The notes under the pieces: generated by a model
What the model saw: the letters and a program-made list of their open reading frames with translations, nothing else
What the model was told of the DNA's origin: nothing
The model's database searches: none
Part shown: piece after piece, positions 1 to 9,746 of the stretch
Numbering within the stretch: the stretch's first letter is position 1
Layout: each line of letters begins with the position of its first letter
From: an uncultured Candidatus Peribacteria bacterium
GTDB taxonomy: Bacteria > Patescibacteriota > Gracilibacteria > UBA1369
Direction: 5' to 3'
NCBI GenBank assembly: GCA_964571725.1
Contig: CAZNDB010000003.1
Location: 127,797-191,796 of the forward strand
Length of the DNA stretch: 64,000 nt
Translations under genes and position numbers: made by a program

Positions 1-1313
1 CCCATTTTATTTGATTCGGTCTCGTCCGGGCAGAAATAACGCAATGCTTTATCCTTCTTTTTATCCATAACAAACACCTCGTTGAACCACTCGGTGGCAA
101 TGCGGGTTGACTGTCCCATCACTTCACCGTGACGGCCTTTGAATTCATATTTTTCCGGTTTGGGCATCGGCAAATCTTTGACCAGATTTCCTCCATAGGC
201 GTGTTTGCATTTCCCCATCCGTAAATCACCCTGCGGCACGTAAGTCAGGACTTTCGGAAGCGGGCGGCCCTTGCCGTCCACCAGATTCTTGGCATTGTAC
301 GATGACAGCCAGGCTGATAAAGCTTTGAACTGAATGGGATCACCCTTTGGATCGGCCAGCGGAATACCGTGTGAACGGTAATTGTCTTCAATTTTCTTGT
401 CACCAATACTTTTCGTACCGGTCCAGCCTTTCATCGAACGGAAAATGATCACCGGCCAGGCGGTCTTGGTCACGCACTTTTCTTCACGCGCTTTTTTCCA
501 GATTGCTTTGATGTCCCGATAGGCGGCATCCAGATTTTTGGCCATGCACTCGTGCAGATTCTCTTCTTTATCAACCACGAAATAGGGTTTGTAACCATAT
601 CCCTTGAACAGATGTTCCAGTTCCTCGTCACTCATCGTGGAGTAGATCGAAGGGCCGGAAATCTTGTAACCGTTCACATGTATAATCGGCAAAACGGCAC
701 CCGATTCAGCCGGGTTCAAAAATTTATTGGAATGCCAGGCCGCGGCCAGCGGACCGGATTCGGACTCACCGTCACCCACTACGCACACGGCCAGCAGATC
801 GGGATTATCCATCACCGCTCCATAGGCGGTCGCCAGAGAATAACCCAGCTCTCCTCCTTCCAAAATAGAACCCGGTACATCCGGAGTCACGTGACTGGGC
901 AGTTTGTAAGGCCAGGAAAAACCTTTGATCAGATTTCCCATTCCCTTACCGTCCCGTGAAAATTCCCGATAGTAGTCTCCCATCGTTCCGTCCACAAAAT
1001 TATTGGCCAGAATGGCGGGAGCCCCGTGTCCGGGACCGGTGATAAAAAGGGCCTTCTGTTGATAGCGTTTAATCAGGAAATTGGCATGGGCATAAATAAA
1101 ATTCAGACCCGGCACAGTTCCCCAGTGTCCCAGTATTCTCTCTTTGATATCCGCTTTGGACAGTGGCCGCTTCAGCAAAAAATTATCCTTCAGATAAAGC
1201 GTTGAAGCACCGATATAATTGGTCAGGGCGTGATAATCCTTGAACCATTGGAGCTGTTCCGCCGTCAGAAATTTTTTGGTGTTTTTTACAGTTTTTGTTT
1301 TAGACAAAACCAT
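1..1313 (-). CDS. xfp: xylulose-5-phosphate/fructose-6-phosphate phosphoketolase, N-terminal about 437 aa (C-terminus lies beyond the window edge)
   Basis: Not in the ORF track because it runs off the window. Manual reverse translation from ATG (complement of 1311-1313) gives MVLSKTKTVKNTKKFLTAEQLQWFKDYH...GHWGTVPGLNFIYAHAN...EGGELGYSLATAYGAVMDNPDLL..VVGDGESESGPLAAAWHSNKFLNP...HVNGYKISGPS. These are phosphoketolase / ThDP-binding signatures. Confidence 0.9.
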   Translation of the reverse strand, partial: MVLSKTKTVKNTKKFLTAEQLQWFKDYHALTNYIGASTLYLKDNFLLKRPLSKADIKERILGHWGTVPGLNFIYAHANFLIKRYQQKALFITGPGHGAPAILANNFVDGTMGDYYREFSRDGKGMGNLIKGFSWPYKLPSHVTPDVPGSILEGGELGYSLATAYGAVMDNPDLLAVCVVGDGESESGPLAAAWHSNKFLNPAESGAVLPIIHVNGYKISGPSIYSTMSDEELEHLFKGYGYKPYFVVDKEENLHECMAKNLDAAYRDIKAIWKKAREEKCVTKTAWPVIIFRSMKGWTGTKSIGDKKIEDNYRSHGIPLADPKGDPIQFKALSAWLSSYNAKNLVDGKGRPLPKVLTYVPQGDLRMGKCKHAYGGNLVKDLPMPKPEKYEFKGRHGEVMGQSTRIATEWFNEVFVMDKKKDKALRYFCPDETESNKM

Positions 1314-1366
1314 GCTAAAAATTGTTAAATTTTGTTTGAGCAGAGTATATCAGATACAATTTGTTT

Positions 1367-2455
1367 ATGCATTCCAAATTTTGGCAAAATCTGAGCAAGC
1401 CGGTGATCGGACTGTCCCCCATGGACGGAGTCACTGACGCGGCCTTTCGTTATTTGGTAGCCAAATACGGGAAACCATCCGTGATTTTCACGGAATTTAT
1501 CAATGTTGAAGGACTCGCCCACGGAGCCGTAAAAACCCTGCCGGCCTTTCTGTATGATTCCTCTGAACACCCTATCATCGGACAAATTTACGGCATCACG
1601 CCGGAAAATTTTTATCAGGCTGCTTTCATCGTCGCCGAACTGGGATTCGATGGCATCGACATCAACATGGGCTGTCCTTCCAAGGCGGTTTCCGGTCATG
1701 GAGGCGGCGCGGGACTGATCAAAACACCCAAACTGGCCTGCGACATTTTGCGCACAGCGAAACTCGCCGCTGCAGATTGGGCCGCCGGCAAAACCTTACA
1801 GGAAGCCGGCGTTCATCAGGACCTCCTGCCGTTCATCCGCAAACAACAGAAAGTCCACGGCGGCCCCCCGCCGCGCCGCCTCCTCCCCGTATCCGTAAAA
1901 ACCCGCCTGGGTTACGAAAAAGTGATCACCGAATCCTGGATCGAAACTTTGCTTTCCTGTGAACCGGATAATATTACCCTGCACGGCCGCACGCTCCGCG
2001 AAATGTACACTGGCGAAGCTCATTGGGATGAAATCACCAAAGCCGCCGACATCGTCCATGCTGCCAAATATCCCACCACCATTCTCGGCAACGGTGACGT
2101 AAAATCCCTGCCCGATGCCCTGGAGAAAATTAAACGGTACCAGGTTGACGGGGCGCTGATCGGGCGAGCCGTATTCGGCGAGCCCTGGATCTTCAGCGAC
2201 GCCGCGCCTCCCGGCCTCAACGAAAAATTCCACATCGCTCTGGAACACTGTCTCAAACACGAAGAAATTTTTAGCACTCACCGCGCAGCTAATTCCACTC
2301 TCACCCCCAGCCAGATCTTCGCCCCCATGAAAAAGCATCTGGGCTGGTACTGCCGCGGCTTCGCGGGCGCCAAGGAATTGCGAATGCAATTAATGTCCTG
2401 CGACAGTTCCTCCCAGGTTAAAGAAATTTTGAAACACCACCAACTGCCCGGCTAA
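1367..2455 (+). CDS. dus: tRNA-dihydrouridine synthase
   Basis: 364-aa ORF. Motifs LSPMDGVTDAAFR, DGIDINMGCPSKAV and HGRT are typical of the Dus family FMN TIM barrel. The track start at 1361 is TTG; the ATG at 1367 (MHSKFWQ) is more likely. Confidence 0.9.
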   Translation: MHSKFWQNLSKPVIGLSPMDGVTDAAFRYLVAKYGKPSVIFTEFINVEGLAHGAVKTLPAFLYDSSEHPIIGQIYGITPENFYQAAFIVAELGFDGIDINMGCPSKAVSGHGGGAGLIKTPKLACDILRTAKLAAADWAAGKTLQEAGVHQDLLPFIRKQQKVHGGPPPRRLLPVSVKTRLGYEKVITESWIETLLSCEPDNITLHGRTLREMYTGEAHWDEITKAADIVHAAKYPTTILGNGDVKSLPDALEKIKRYQVDGALIGRAVFGEPWIFSDAAPPGLNEKFHIALEHCLKHEEIFSTHRAANSTLTPSQIFAPMKKHLGWYCRGFAGAKELRMQLMSCDSSSQVKEILKHHQLPG

Positions 2456-2847
2456 CTCCTTGTTCCTTTTCGAAGTTTTCGCCGTAACCGTGCGTCCATA
2501 TAAACCATCTGCTCCTCGTTATAGCCGAAGTAATGGGCGATTTCGTGAAGCAAAACCTGCAAAATCAGATTTTCCAGCTCCTGCAAATCGGCAACCGATG
2601 CTAAAATGGTTTTCTCAAATAAAGTAATTTTTGATGGCTGCACACCACTGAACATATTATATGGTGCAGTTTTTGGTACCCCCTGGAACAATCCCAGTAA
2701 AGTTCGACGGCTGCCACGATAAGGTTCGGGCGGCCACTCCTCCACCAGAATATCCACGTTCTCCAGCTGCTCGCGAAATTCCGCCGGAACTTTTTTTTCA
2801 AAAGCCCGCCGCACCATCAACTCAAATTCCTGACTATCCAATTCCAT
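2452..2847 (-). CDS. small zincin-like metallopeptidase family protein (DUF1025-type)
   Basis: 131 aa with C-terminal HEIAHYFG (HExxH) and the conserved LLGLFQGVP segment seen in this family. Its stop overlaps the dus stop (convergent). Confidence 0.7.
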   Translation of the reverse strand: MELDSQEFELMVRRAFEKKVPAEFREQLENVDILVEEWPPEPYRGSRRTLLGLFQGVPKTAPYNMFSGVQPSKITLFEKTILASVADLQELENLILQVLLHEIAHYFGYNEEQMVYMDARLRRKLRKGTRS

Positions 2848-2902
2848 AAAGTTTGTTCTAATTTCCCTTTGGGATTATATATGATACCTGAAACAACACC
2901 AC

Positions 2903-3400
2903 ATGGAAAAAATCATTTATCATGGCAAGCCCCTGCCTCTGATCATCGATTTCCACGCCCTGAAAAAATCCCGGCTGGAAATAAAGGATAACCACGCCCT
3001 GGCCACGCTCTGTTATGACCTCAGTACCAAACAACAGTTGAATCAGCTACGAATCATGACCGAAACGCTCTACCGCCGTTCCACCAAAAACATTACCGAA
3101 GAAACCCTGCTGCTTTTGCAAAATTTCGCCCCCCGGCCGCTCAAGGACATCCGCTATAAAAAAATGCGCAGCCGCTGGGGGTCAGCTTCCTCAAAAAACA
3201 ACCTTAATTTCAATATCGACCTGGCCAAGCTGCCGCTGGAAATCCAGCAATACATCGTTATCCACGAATATTGCCACCTGTTCGAGATGAATCATTCGGC
3301 CAAATTCTGGGACAAAGTCGAAAAGTTCGATCCCAGCTACCGCGACCACCGCCGTCAGTTAAGATTACTGGAAAAATCCTGGATCCGCACGCAGCGTTAG
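2903..3400 (+). CDS. YgjP-like metal-dependent hydrolase (DUF45 / M48-like)
   Basis: 165 aa. RSRWGSAS...NFNIDLAKLP...YIVIHEYCHLFEMNHSAKFW matches the DUF45 HExxH...NHS motif. Confidence 0.75.
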   Translation: MEKIIYHGKPLPLIIDFHALKKSRLEIKDNHALATLCYDLSTKQQLNQLRIMTETLYRRSTKNITEETLLLLQNFAPRPLKDIRYKKMRSRWGSASSKNNLNFNIDLAKLPLEIQQYIVIHEYCHLFEMNHSAKFWDKVEKFDPSYRDHRRQLRLLEKSWIRTQR

Positions 3401-3524
3401 CGAAATACGCTTCCCCTTTGCTTCCCTGATCTTTTCTGAAAGTTCCAGTCCATATTGAATTGCCGTTTTTAAAATTTTCTGTAAAATCGACTCGAAAGTC
3501 TGCGCGCGCAGCCCCTTCATGTCC

Positions 3525-3598
3525 GCGGTATTGGTTCAATGGTAGAACGCGACCTTCCCAAGGTTGAGACACGGGTTCGATTCCCGTATACCGCTCCA
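3525..3598 (+). tRNA. tRNA-Gly (anticodon CCC), CCA encoded
   Basis: Manual cloverleaf: acceptor GCGGTAT/ATACCGC, D stem GTTC/GAAC, anticodon stem CGACC/GGTTG, loop TTCCCAA, T stem ACGGG/CCCGT, T loop TTCGATT, discriminator T, CCA. 74 nt. Confidence 0.95.
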
Positions 3599-3651
3599 TA
3601 AAATCGGCCACTGATATTTTACCTGCAAAGACATCCTGGTTCTTCTTTTTT

Positions 3652-4485
3652 ATGATATTATTTGTTACAAGCAATACCATTTCTAATAACAGTATGACCA
3701 AAGATTGCAATGTATTTCAGCATTATTGGTTCAATCCAGGTTTGGCAGCTCTAAGAAGCGTTGAAGCACAAATCTTAAATTCAAAAATCACTCAGCTGCA
3801 TTTACAATCCTCAACCTGTGCGCTGGATATTGGAGTCGGTAATGGATATTTTAGTAACCTGTTGGATGTCCATTTCAAACTTGGAATTGATTTGCTGCCG
3901 GAGCAGCTTGAAGAAGCAAAAAAATTCAACCAGCACGATGAGTTACAAAAGTTTGACATTTCACAAAAAATCTCCTCAGGCAATCCAATTAAAGCTGATC
4001 TGATCATCTCCAATTCTGTGCTTGAACACACCTCGGACCCAAACGCCGCTATCCAGAATATTGCGAAATTTTTAATTAAAGGTGGTTACGCACTGATTAC
4101 AATCCCTCTGGAATCTTCCATTAAATGTGTTAATCCAGGTCCCAAACAAGAATACAGCCGGGTAATGAAAATATTTCTGGGCCATAAAAATATGTATAAC
4201 AAACAAAAATGGGAAAGACTGTTTCTCAAACACGGTCTTAACATAGTTGAATCAAAATACTACTTATTCAGTGAGTTTGCCGGATACATGAAGGCCTTTT
4301 CTCCATTTAAAACAATCCTGAACGAACGAGTCAGATCTGAAGTTAAATTACATGATCATTTCATCAGCGAGTTTGCTTCCCACCAAAAAGAATTGTTTGT
4401 CCCAGTAATGAAAAGAGAATTGGATCTGTTTAGAGACAATTCGGCAAATATTGGTGATTGTTTATTTCTGGTTCTGAGAAAATGA
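3652..4485 (+). CDS. class I SAM-dependent methyltransferase
   Basis: 277 aa. ALDIGVGNGYF (motif I, GxGxG), acidic residue in GIDLLPEQL, later ADLIISNSVLEHT and KGGYALIT (motifs II/III), as in small-molecule methyltransferases. Alternative start ATG at 3694 (MTKDC). Confidence 0.7.
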   Translation: MILFVTSNTISNNSMTKDCNVFQHYWFNPGLAALRSVEAQILNSKITQLHLQSSTCALDIGVGNGYFSNLLDVHFKLGIDLLPEQLEEAKKFNQHDELQKFDISQKISSGNPIKADLIISNSVLEHTSDPNAAIQNIAKFLIKGGYALITIPLESSIKCVNPGPKQEYSRVMKIFLGHKNMYNKQKWERLFLKHGLNIVESKYYLFSEFAGYMKAFSPFKTILNERVRSEVKLHDHFISEFASHQKELFVPVMKRELDLFRDNSANIGDCLFLVLRK

Positions 4486-4487
4486 AA

Positions 4488-5027
4488 TTAGTAACTATTC
4501 CATTTGATCGATTCAATTTCGGCTTTTCTTTCCAGCAGTGTTGGCCAGACTTTCTCCCGTGACAGTTTTTGTTCGGATATCTTCAAAAAACAATTAAACT
4601 TCTCCAATAATATCTGAAATTGCTTTTCATTTTCGGCCAAATGATAATAATAAGAATTGTCTATCAAATCGGCTGCCCGAACAATCAAACAAGCCGCTCC
4701 CATTCGATCAGCTTCCATAAACGACTTGAAGTATCTTGCTTTGTGATCTTCAATAGTTTTATCCAGAGTACAGGCCAGCACCATATCAAAAACGTTTCTG
4801 CCAAATCTTTCAACCAAAGTATTCTCTTCCACTGAAGAATCCTCCATTAGATCGTGAAATAACGCCGCTATGACAATGTCTTTGCCATAACCAAGATCAT
4901 AAAGCCAATAGGCAATTCTTAAGCTATGCATGAGAACCGGTTTTGTACTTCGATTAAACGTCTGTAATGCCTGTACCAAAAAAATTATAGCTTCTTCTAT
5001 TTTTTGATCATCACTTTTGTTTAGCAT
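4488..5027 (-). CDS. HD-domain phosphohydrolase, RelA/SpoT-hydrolase-like (small alarmone hydrolase architecture)
   Basis: HSLRIAYWLYDLGYGKDIVIAALFHDLMEDS matches the SpoT/Mesh1 HD...ED hydrolase motif. The track start at 5057 is TTG and overlaps the upstream gene by 47 nt; the ATG at 5027 is preferred. Confidence 0.65.
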   Translation of the reverse strand: MLNKSDDQKIEEAIIFLVQALQTFNRSTKPVLMHSLRIAYWLYDLGYGKDIVIAALFHDLMEDSSVEENTLVERFGRNVFDMVLACTLDKTIEDHKARYFKSFMEADRMGAACLIVRAADLIDNSYYYHLAENEKQFQILLEKFNCFLKISEQKLSREKVWPTLLERKAEIESIKWNSY

Positions 5028-6012
5028 TCTTATTGCAAAAACTGTAAATGTCTTCAATTTTGGCTGTTAAATCCACCGCCTGTTGATATCCGCAAACTTC
5101 ACTCCCTATACTACCGTAGATTATTGATTTTAGCACTGCCGTATAATTATGCCTGTGCCCTAAACCATATATGTCGTTTTTATCGGGTTCCGTTTCATCA
5201 TTTCCGTCCAGAAAGATAGAAGAATACTCAATTTTATTCAAGCCGGGCCCCCCAATCTTAATAGTCCCTTTTTCTCCCACAATCAGGAGAGTGTTTTCCA
5301 GATTCCGATTACTGACACAAGTCGAGAATTCCAGATTTATTGGTATCGAATGATTTTGAAGCATCACTGACATAAAATTTTCTGTTTCAATGCAATATCC
5401 CAAATCCAAAAGTTGTTTATTGGCAAACACAACTTTGGACTCATTAATATTCAGATCCGGCAACCAATGGCATAAATCAAGCAAATGTATACCCTGGTTG
5501 TAAAGTATGCCTCCTTCCTTATTTTTTATCCCTTTCCAGCTGTGTTGGTAATACTCAAATGGCCGGTACCATCTGGTTGCCCCTGCGCAATATAATATCT
5601 TCCCTAACTTTCCCTCCACCAGGGCCTTCCTTACCGTTTGTACAGCCATATTAAATCTGTTCTGCGTAATCATATACAGTCGACCCGCCCAATTGGCCTT
5701 GATCCCTCTTAATTCTGATTTGTGAAGACAAAGTGGTTTTTCAGATATACAAATTTTCCCCGCCTTTAGTACCTTTTTAATAATGGGAGCATGCAGGTGA
5801 TGAGGAGTACAAACTGAAATAATATCCGTATTTTGAATTGATTCCTCCAGTGACGCAAACTGATTTAGATGATATTTTTCTGCAAACCGGCGCCCTGTTT
5901 CCAGATCTATATCATAGACACCGCATATACCCGCCTCAGAATTTTCGGACAACGCAAGGTAGTGTTTATGGGCAATATTACCCGTTCCTATCAACGCGAC
6001 TTTTAACGGCAT
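5011..6012 (-). CDS. Gfo/Idh/MocA family NAD(P)-dependent oxidoreductase
   Basis: 333 aa. N-terminal Rossmann motif KVALIGTGNIAHKHY, EKPL motif (ISEKPLCL), and a C-terminal alpha/beta domain typical of inositol or sugar dehydrogenases. Confidence 0.85.
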   Translation of the reverse strand: MPLKVALIGTGNIAHKHYLALSENSEAGICGVYDIDLETGRRFAEKYHLNQFASLEESIQNTDIISVCTPHHLHAPIIKKVLKAGKICISEKPLCLHKSELRGIKANWAGRLYMITQNRFNMAVQTVRKALVEGKLGKILYCAGATRWYRPFEYYQHSWKGIKNKEGGILYNQGIHLLDLCHWLPDLNINESKVVFANKQLLDLGYCIETENFMSVMLQNHSIPINLEFSTCVSNRNLENTLLIVGEKGTIKIGGPGLNKIEYSSIFLDGNDETEPDKNDIYGLGHRHNYTAVLKSIIYGSIGSEVCGYQQAVDLTAKIEDIYSFCNKNAKQK

Positions 6013-6809
6013 AATGTTCTTAAATAAATGAATGAATCCAGTGTGTCCTGAACGTTTCCCGTATGGGTTTCCAGAGATAAAAATATTGGATGTTTTGGAT
6101 TTGCCTTTAACAGTTGGGCAAACACTTCTTGATAGGGAATATCTCCCTGTCCGAGAACCACATATCTTTTTCCGGTCACGTCGTAATCTTTTATATGAAA
6201 ATAATGACTTGATTCAATAACCTTCCATTCATCCCGGCCAATCACGCTGTTCCCAATTGAAAACTCGTTACCTAAATCAACCAGAGGGGAAATGTTCCCG
6301 GAATCAAATGCAGATATTCCCCCGAGTTGTTTGATAAATTTAATATTACAGATTGGTTCGTTTTCCATAAGAATTGAGATACCGGCTTTATTCGCTTTCT
6401 CAAGCAACGGCGCCAATCTTTGAACTAATGTTTGGAAACGAAAAGTTTCTGAATCCAAAAAAGAAAACACCCTGACCCTTTCGCATTTGAAGAGTTGGGC
6501 AATGTATAGGCTTCGGTCAATATAATATTCTTCCGTTTTCACTTTATTAAAGCCGAACTGATGACTAATAACTTTCTCTTCCAGATCCCATTTGTACAAA
6601 GGAGAAGCAATACAGCTCACCTGGAGCCCGGATTCGCGAAAACGGGACGCCACATGTTCCAACGTTTGATCGGACAAATTAAAAACGCTTGTGTTGTTAA
6701 AAGATCTTAACTCAATCCATACAACATTATGCTTCCTACAAAAGGAAATACATTCTTCCAGATCGGAGCTGATTTCGTCATTTATTATACTCAAACAAAC
6801 GTTCATCAT
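6003..6809 (-). CDS. sugar phosphate isomerase/epimerase family protein (xylose-isomerase-like TIM barrel)
   Basis: 268 aa. Pattern of WIELRS..., ILMENEP (conserved Glu), HIKD and LETH is typical of the AP-endonuclease-2 / IolE / dehydroshikimate dehydratase-like TIM barrel. Overlaps both neighbours (4 and 10 nt). Confidence 0.65.
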   Translation of the reverse strand: MMNVCLSIINDEISSDLEECISFCRKHNVVWIELRSFNNTSVFNLSDQTLEHVASRFRESGLQVSCIASPLYKWDLEEKVISHQFGFNKVKTEEYYIDRSLYIAQLFKCERVRVFSFLDSETFRFQTLVQRLAPLLEKANKAGISILMENEPICNIKFIKQLGGISAFDSGNISPLVDLGNEFSIGNSVIGRDEWKVIESSHYFHIKDYDVTGKRYVVLGQGDIPYQEVFAQLLKANPKHPIFLSLETHTGNVQDTLDSFIYLRTLCR

Positions 6810-7672
6810 AATTTAGCGGATAATTTCTTATAAATAGCCTCAACTCCACCCTCATCTAAATGACAGTCATTCCATATCTCAAAAGCCTTTACGCCCTGAT
6901 AGATCATCCAGTACAGTCCTCCGCAGACATGTGCACCATGCTCTTTCGCCAACTTTAAAAACTTGGTTTCAAGAGGGTTAAATATTGCATCAAAAAAATA
7001 TCTGGGTTTGTCGAAAAAAAACGCAGACTGAAGTAGATCAAAAGTTTCCACTTCCAGCAAAGAGACGGAACTTTGAGGGGACATCCCTACCGGCGTTACG
7101 TTAATTATATAGTTGATATCCTCCTGGAGTAATATTTTAGCAATGGCATACTGATCAAAAGGAATTGCTTCTTTAAGACAATGAAACCTTCCCATAAGGT
7201 TTACCGCCTTATTGTGATCCCTGTTCGTAATCCAGACATTAGACGTAAATTTTCCAAGTTCGTTGAGAACTGCCCTTGCGGCCCCTCCCGCCCCCAAAAT
7301 CAGCACCTTATCCGCCGTTTCCAGAGGTTTTAATCGTTTGGAAATTGTCGTAATCGCTCCATAACAATCCGTGTTGAATCCCTGAAAACCTTTTTCCGAA
7401 ATTTTTACGGTATTTACGGCACCACACGCTCTCACATTTTCGTCAAAGCTATCCAATAAACTCACCGCGTCCATCTTATGGGGTAACGTGATATTAAACC
7501 CTTTGAAACCAAGCTCACGCATTGACTCAAAGACAGATTTTAGCCTGCCGGCTTCCGGAACATTGATTTTAAGATGACTATAATCCAGCCCCTGCGTCTC
7601 AGCAAAATATTGAAACAAGTAGTTTGACACACTGTGCTCCACTGGGCTACCAATAAGCGCGCTGTAGTTCAT
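6806..7672 (-). CDS. aroE: shikimate/quinate 5-dehydrogenase-like protein
   Basis: 288 aa. IGSPVEHSVSNYLFQYF, GFNITLPHK, GAVNTV, GFNTDCYG and ILGAGGAARAV are all AroE-family signatures. Confidence 0.8.
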   Translation of the reverse strand: MNYSALIGSPVEHSVSNYLFQYFAETQGLDYSHLKINVPEAGRLKSVFESMRELGFKGFNITLPHKMDAVSLLDSFDENVRACGAVNTVKISEKGFQGFNTDCYGAITTISKRLKPLETADKVLILGAGGAARAVLNELGKFTSNVWITNRDHNKAVNLMGRFHCLKEAIPFDQYAIAKILLQEDINYIINVTPVGMSPQSSVSLLEVETFDLLQSAFFFDKPRYFFDAIFNPLETKFLKLAKEHGAHVCGGLYWMIYQGVKAFEIWNDCHLDEGGVEAIYKKLSAKL

Positions 7673-7676
7673 TTTA

Positions 7677-8759
7677 TCAAGTTAATGATTTATTTAAGAG
7701 AATGGAAACGTTTACAATCCTGTCTTCAACTTCGCGCTGAGGTGTTTCAAGTATACTTTCCCAGAAACTGACCACTCTCACGATATAGAGATCCGATAAA
7801 ACCGCCAGATTCTCTTTGCTGATTGGAATGTTTTTTATGACACGGGAAAGAACGCTGGCCCATTGCTGGTCTGTCACCATATCATCATCTAATGTTATTC
7901 CTTCAAATAGCGAGTTCTTGAGACGTTGCCGTAAGGACAAAAGGGCCTGCTTTTTTAAATTCAATGCCTCGGCATAATGATCAAATCTGGAAATGTCGTC
8001 TAAAAAGTAACTAGAACAAGCCTTAAGAGCCCTGTTCAGACTCCTAAAAGGACGTTTTTCAAGCTGATAAAGCAGAGAGTTGGCTATCTGCGGAAACATT
8101 ATGGCCAGATTGGGGAAACTTGCTTTATGAATTTTTTTACTTAATTTTATTTGACCAATCTTAAAAGCTCCCTGCATCGCAGAATAAGTAATAAATACGT
8201 CTATCCCATACAGCAAAGTATCCGGGTGGAAATCAATATTCAATAATGCCTGCACCAAAGCCCTGCTCATCCCAAAATCACCCGCAATAGGTTGCCGGAT
8301 GCAATATCCCGTTAAGGCATATAGTATCGGGAAAGTAAAATGATTGGTTGCACTTCCCTCAAATTTATTTCGGGAGTAAACGGGCGTAATCAAATCGACA
8401 TGGTTGCGAATAATTTGTTGTAAATAAACATCCATCCACATCGGTTCAATTGATCTCAGATCAGTGTCAAAAAGCAGCAAATAATCGTACCCATCCCTGA
8501 TCATGACTTTAAATATTTCCAAGAGGTTTGCTCCCTTGCCTCTCGGTCTGGATTTATTAACAATGCATTCCTTCGAAAAACTTATTCTGAGATTGGAAAA
8601 TACCTCTACTGTTGAGTCCGTACTGTCGCTATCCACAAGTAATATTGATGCGGAATCGTCTTTGGGCAGATATTCCCTCAAACCCTTGTCTATCGCCATA
8701 ACAACCGCTTCAATAGTTCCCTCTTCATTATACGCTGGTAGTCCTACGAGAATTCTCAT
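7677..8759 (-). CDS. family 2 glycosyltransferase (GT-A fold)
   Basis: 360 aa. N-terminal ILVGLPAYNEEGTIEAVV, LLVDSDSTDST and LLLFDTDL (DxD) match the GT2 / glucosyl-3-phosphoglycerate-synthase-like architecture. The acceptor cannot be assigned. Confidence 0.7.
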   Translation of the reverse strand: MRILVGLPAYNEEGTIEAVVMAIDKGLREYLPKDDSASILLVDSDSTDSTVEVFSNLRISFSKECIVNKSRPRGKGANLLEIFKVMIRDGYDYLLLFDTDLRSIEPMWMDVYLQQIIRNHVDLITPVYSRNKFEGSATNHFTFPILYALTGYCIRQPIAGDFGMSRALVQALLNIDFHPDTLLYGIDVFITYSAMQGAFKIGQIKLSKKIHKASFPNLAIMFPQIANSLLYQLEKRPFRSLNRALKACSSYFLDDISRFDHYAEALNLKKQALLSLRQRLKNSLFEGITLDDDMVTDQQWASVLSRVIKNIPISKENLAVLSDLYIVRVVSFWESILETPQREVEDRIVNVSILLNKSLT

Positions 8760-8795
8760 ATTCAGAATGGGTTTATTGCTATGTATTCGTGTTAT

Positions 8796-9746
8796 TTATA
8801 GTTTTGAAACGCTGGATTGAACAAATTTGACAATATCGTCAATCCTCCCTGACACATACAACAGACCTTCCGCCAACAATCTTGACATAAAAAGTTGCCT
8901 GATCTCGTATAATTCAGGACAATCAAAACTTGGCATATAATACATAAATTCTCCATTACTGCCCATACCCGGATTAGCAGTGGCACGAATATGCCGGGAA
9001 AAGTTTTCATTTAGAACCAGCTTTGTCACAAAATCATGACTATCATCTTTTACAAATAGTTTTTCTTGTCCCTGATCCACATGAACAACAAGTGCAAGTT
9101 TAAGTTGTATATTCCCCCTTGTGGATTCAATACCTAAACTTTCAGGGGCAACATATTGTTTATGTCTCCAAGTATCCAGATCTGATCCGGAAAACAACGG
9201 TAACAGATCAGGTAAATTTCTGCTTACCGATTCCTTCCTCAAGTAAACTATTTTTGTGCCGTCAAAAACTGCGGGAAACCCGTTTTCATCCATTCCGATT
9301 ATCGATAAATCATTCCCAATCAATCGTGCTTCTGCATGACGACACAATTCTATTGCCAGTGAGCTTTTCCCTGCACCTTCTTTTCCAAAAATTACTATCC
9401 CCTGCCGGCCTATTTCTACCGTTGCGGCATGGCTAGTCAAACGCCCCTTTCTTTGCCGTGCGGCCTCAGTCAAAGGATAGCACGCATATGAAAGAACCTC
9501 ACCGCTGACGCTGTCATATGGAGCCTGAAACGATACGCTGTTTTCACCGGTAATTACGTATTCAGGCTTTCCAGAGGTAAAGTCCAGCCTTGAACCCGGT
9601 AAATCCGGCTCAACCAGTCTATATCCTGGCATTGCCCGACTAAACCTTTCATGTCGATCAAACAAGGTTCTGATAATACCGGATTCGCTTGAAATCGTCA
9701 CCGCCTCACCCCCGATTTCCACACCGATTTTATCAATCTCTACCAT
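8796..9746 (-). CDS. HprK-related P-loop kinase-like protein
   Basis: 316 aa. SHAATVEIGRQGIVIFGKEGAGKSSLAIEL resembles the HPr kinase C-terminal P-loop segment. The rest is unassignable. Its start overlaps the upstream gene by 7 nt. Confidence 0.5.
   Translation of the reverse strand: MVEIDKIGVEIGGEAVTISSESGIIRTLFDRHERFSRAMPGYRLVEPDLPGSRLDFTSGKPEYVITGENSVSFQAPYDSVSGEVLSYACYPLTEAARQRKGRLTSHAATVEIGRQGIVIFGKEGAGKSSLAIELCRHAEARLIGNDLSIIGMDENGFPAVFDGTKIVYLRKESVSRNLPDLLPLFSGSDLDTWRHKQYVAPESLGIESTRGNIQLKLALVVHVDQGQEKLFVKDDSHDFVTKLVLNENFSRHIRATANPGMGSNGEFMYYMPSFDCPELYEIRQLFMSRLLAEGLLYVSGRIDDIVKFVQSSVSKL

Noticed and set aside
552-959. 135-aa plus-strand ORF in the first kilobase
   Set aside because: It lies antisense inside the phosphoketolase reading frame, whose translation is unmistakable. 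Its own translation is low-complexity (R/G/H-rich) with no motif. It is a shadow ORF.
3258-3710. 150-aa minus-strand ORF
   Set aside because: It spans tRNA-Gly and the 3' end of the DUF45 gene, and has no motif. It is an artefact of open frames across an RNA gene.
8792-9010. 72-aa Cys-rich ORF (…CIICQ…CQDCWRKVCCMCQGG…) as a possible RiPP precursor or zinc finger next to the kinase-like gene
   Set aside because: It lies wholly inside the HprK-related ORF in another frame and has no separate start context. It is most likely a frame artefact. I would reconsider it only if peptide evidence appeared.
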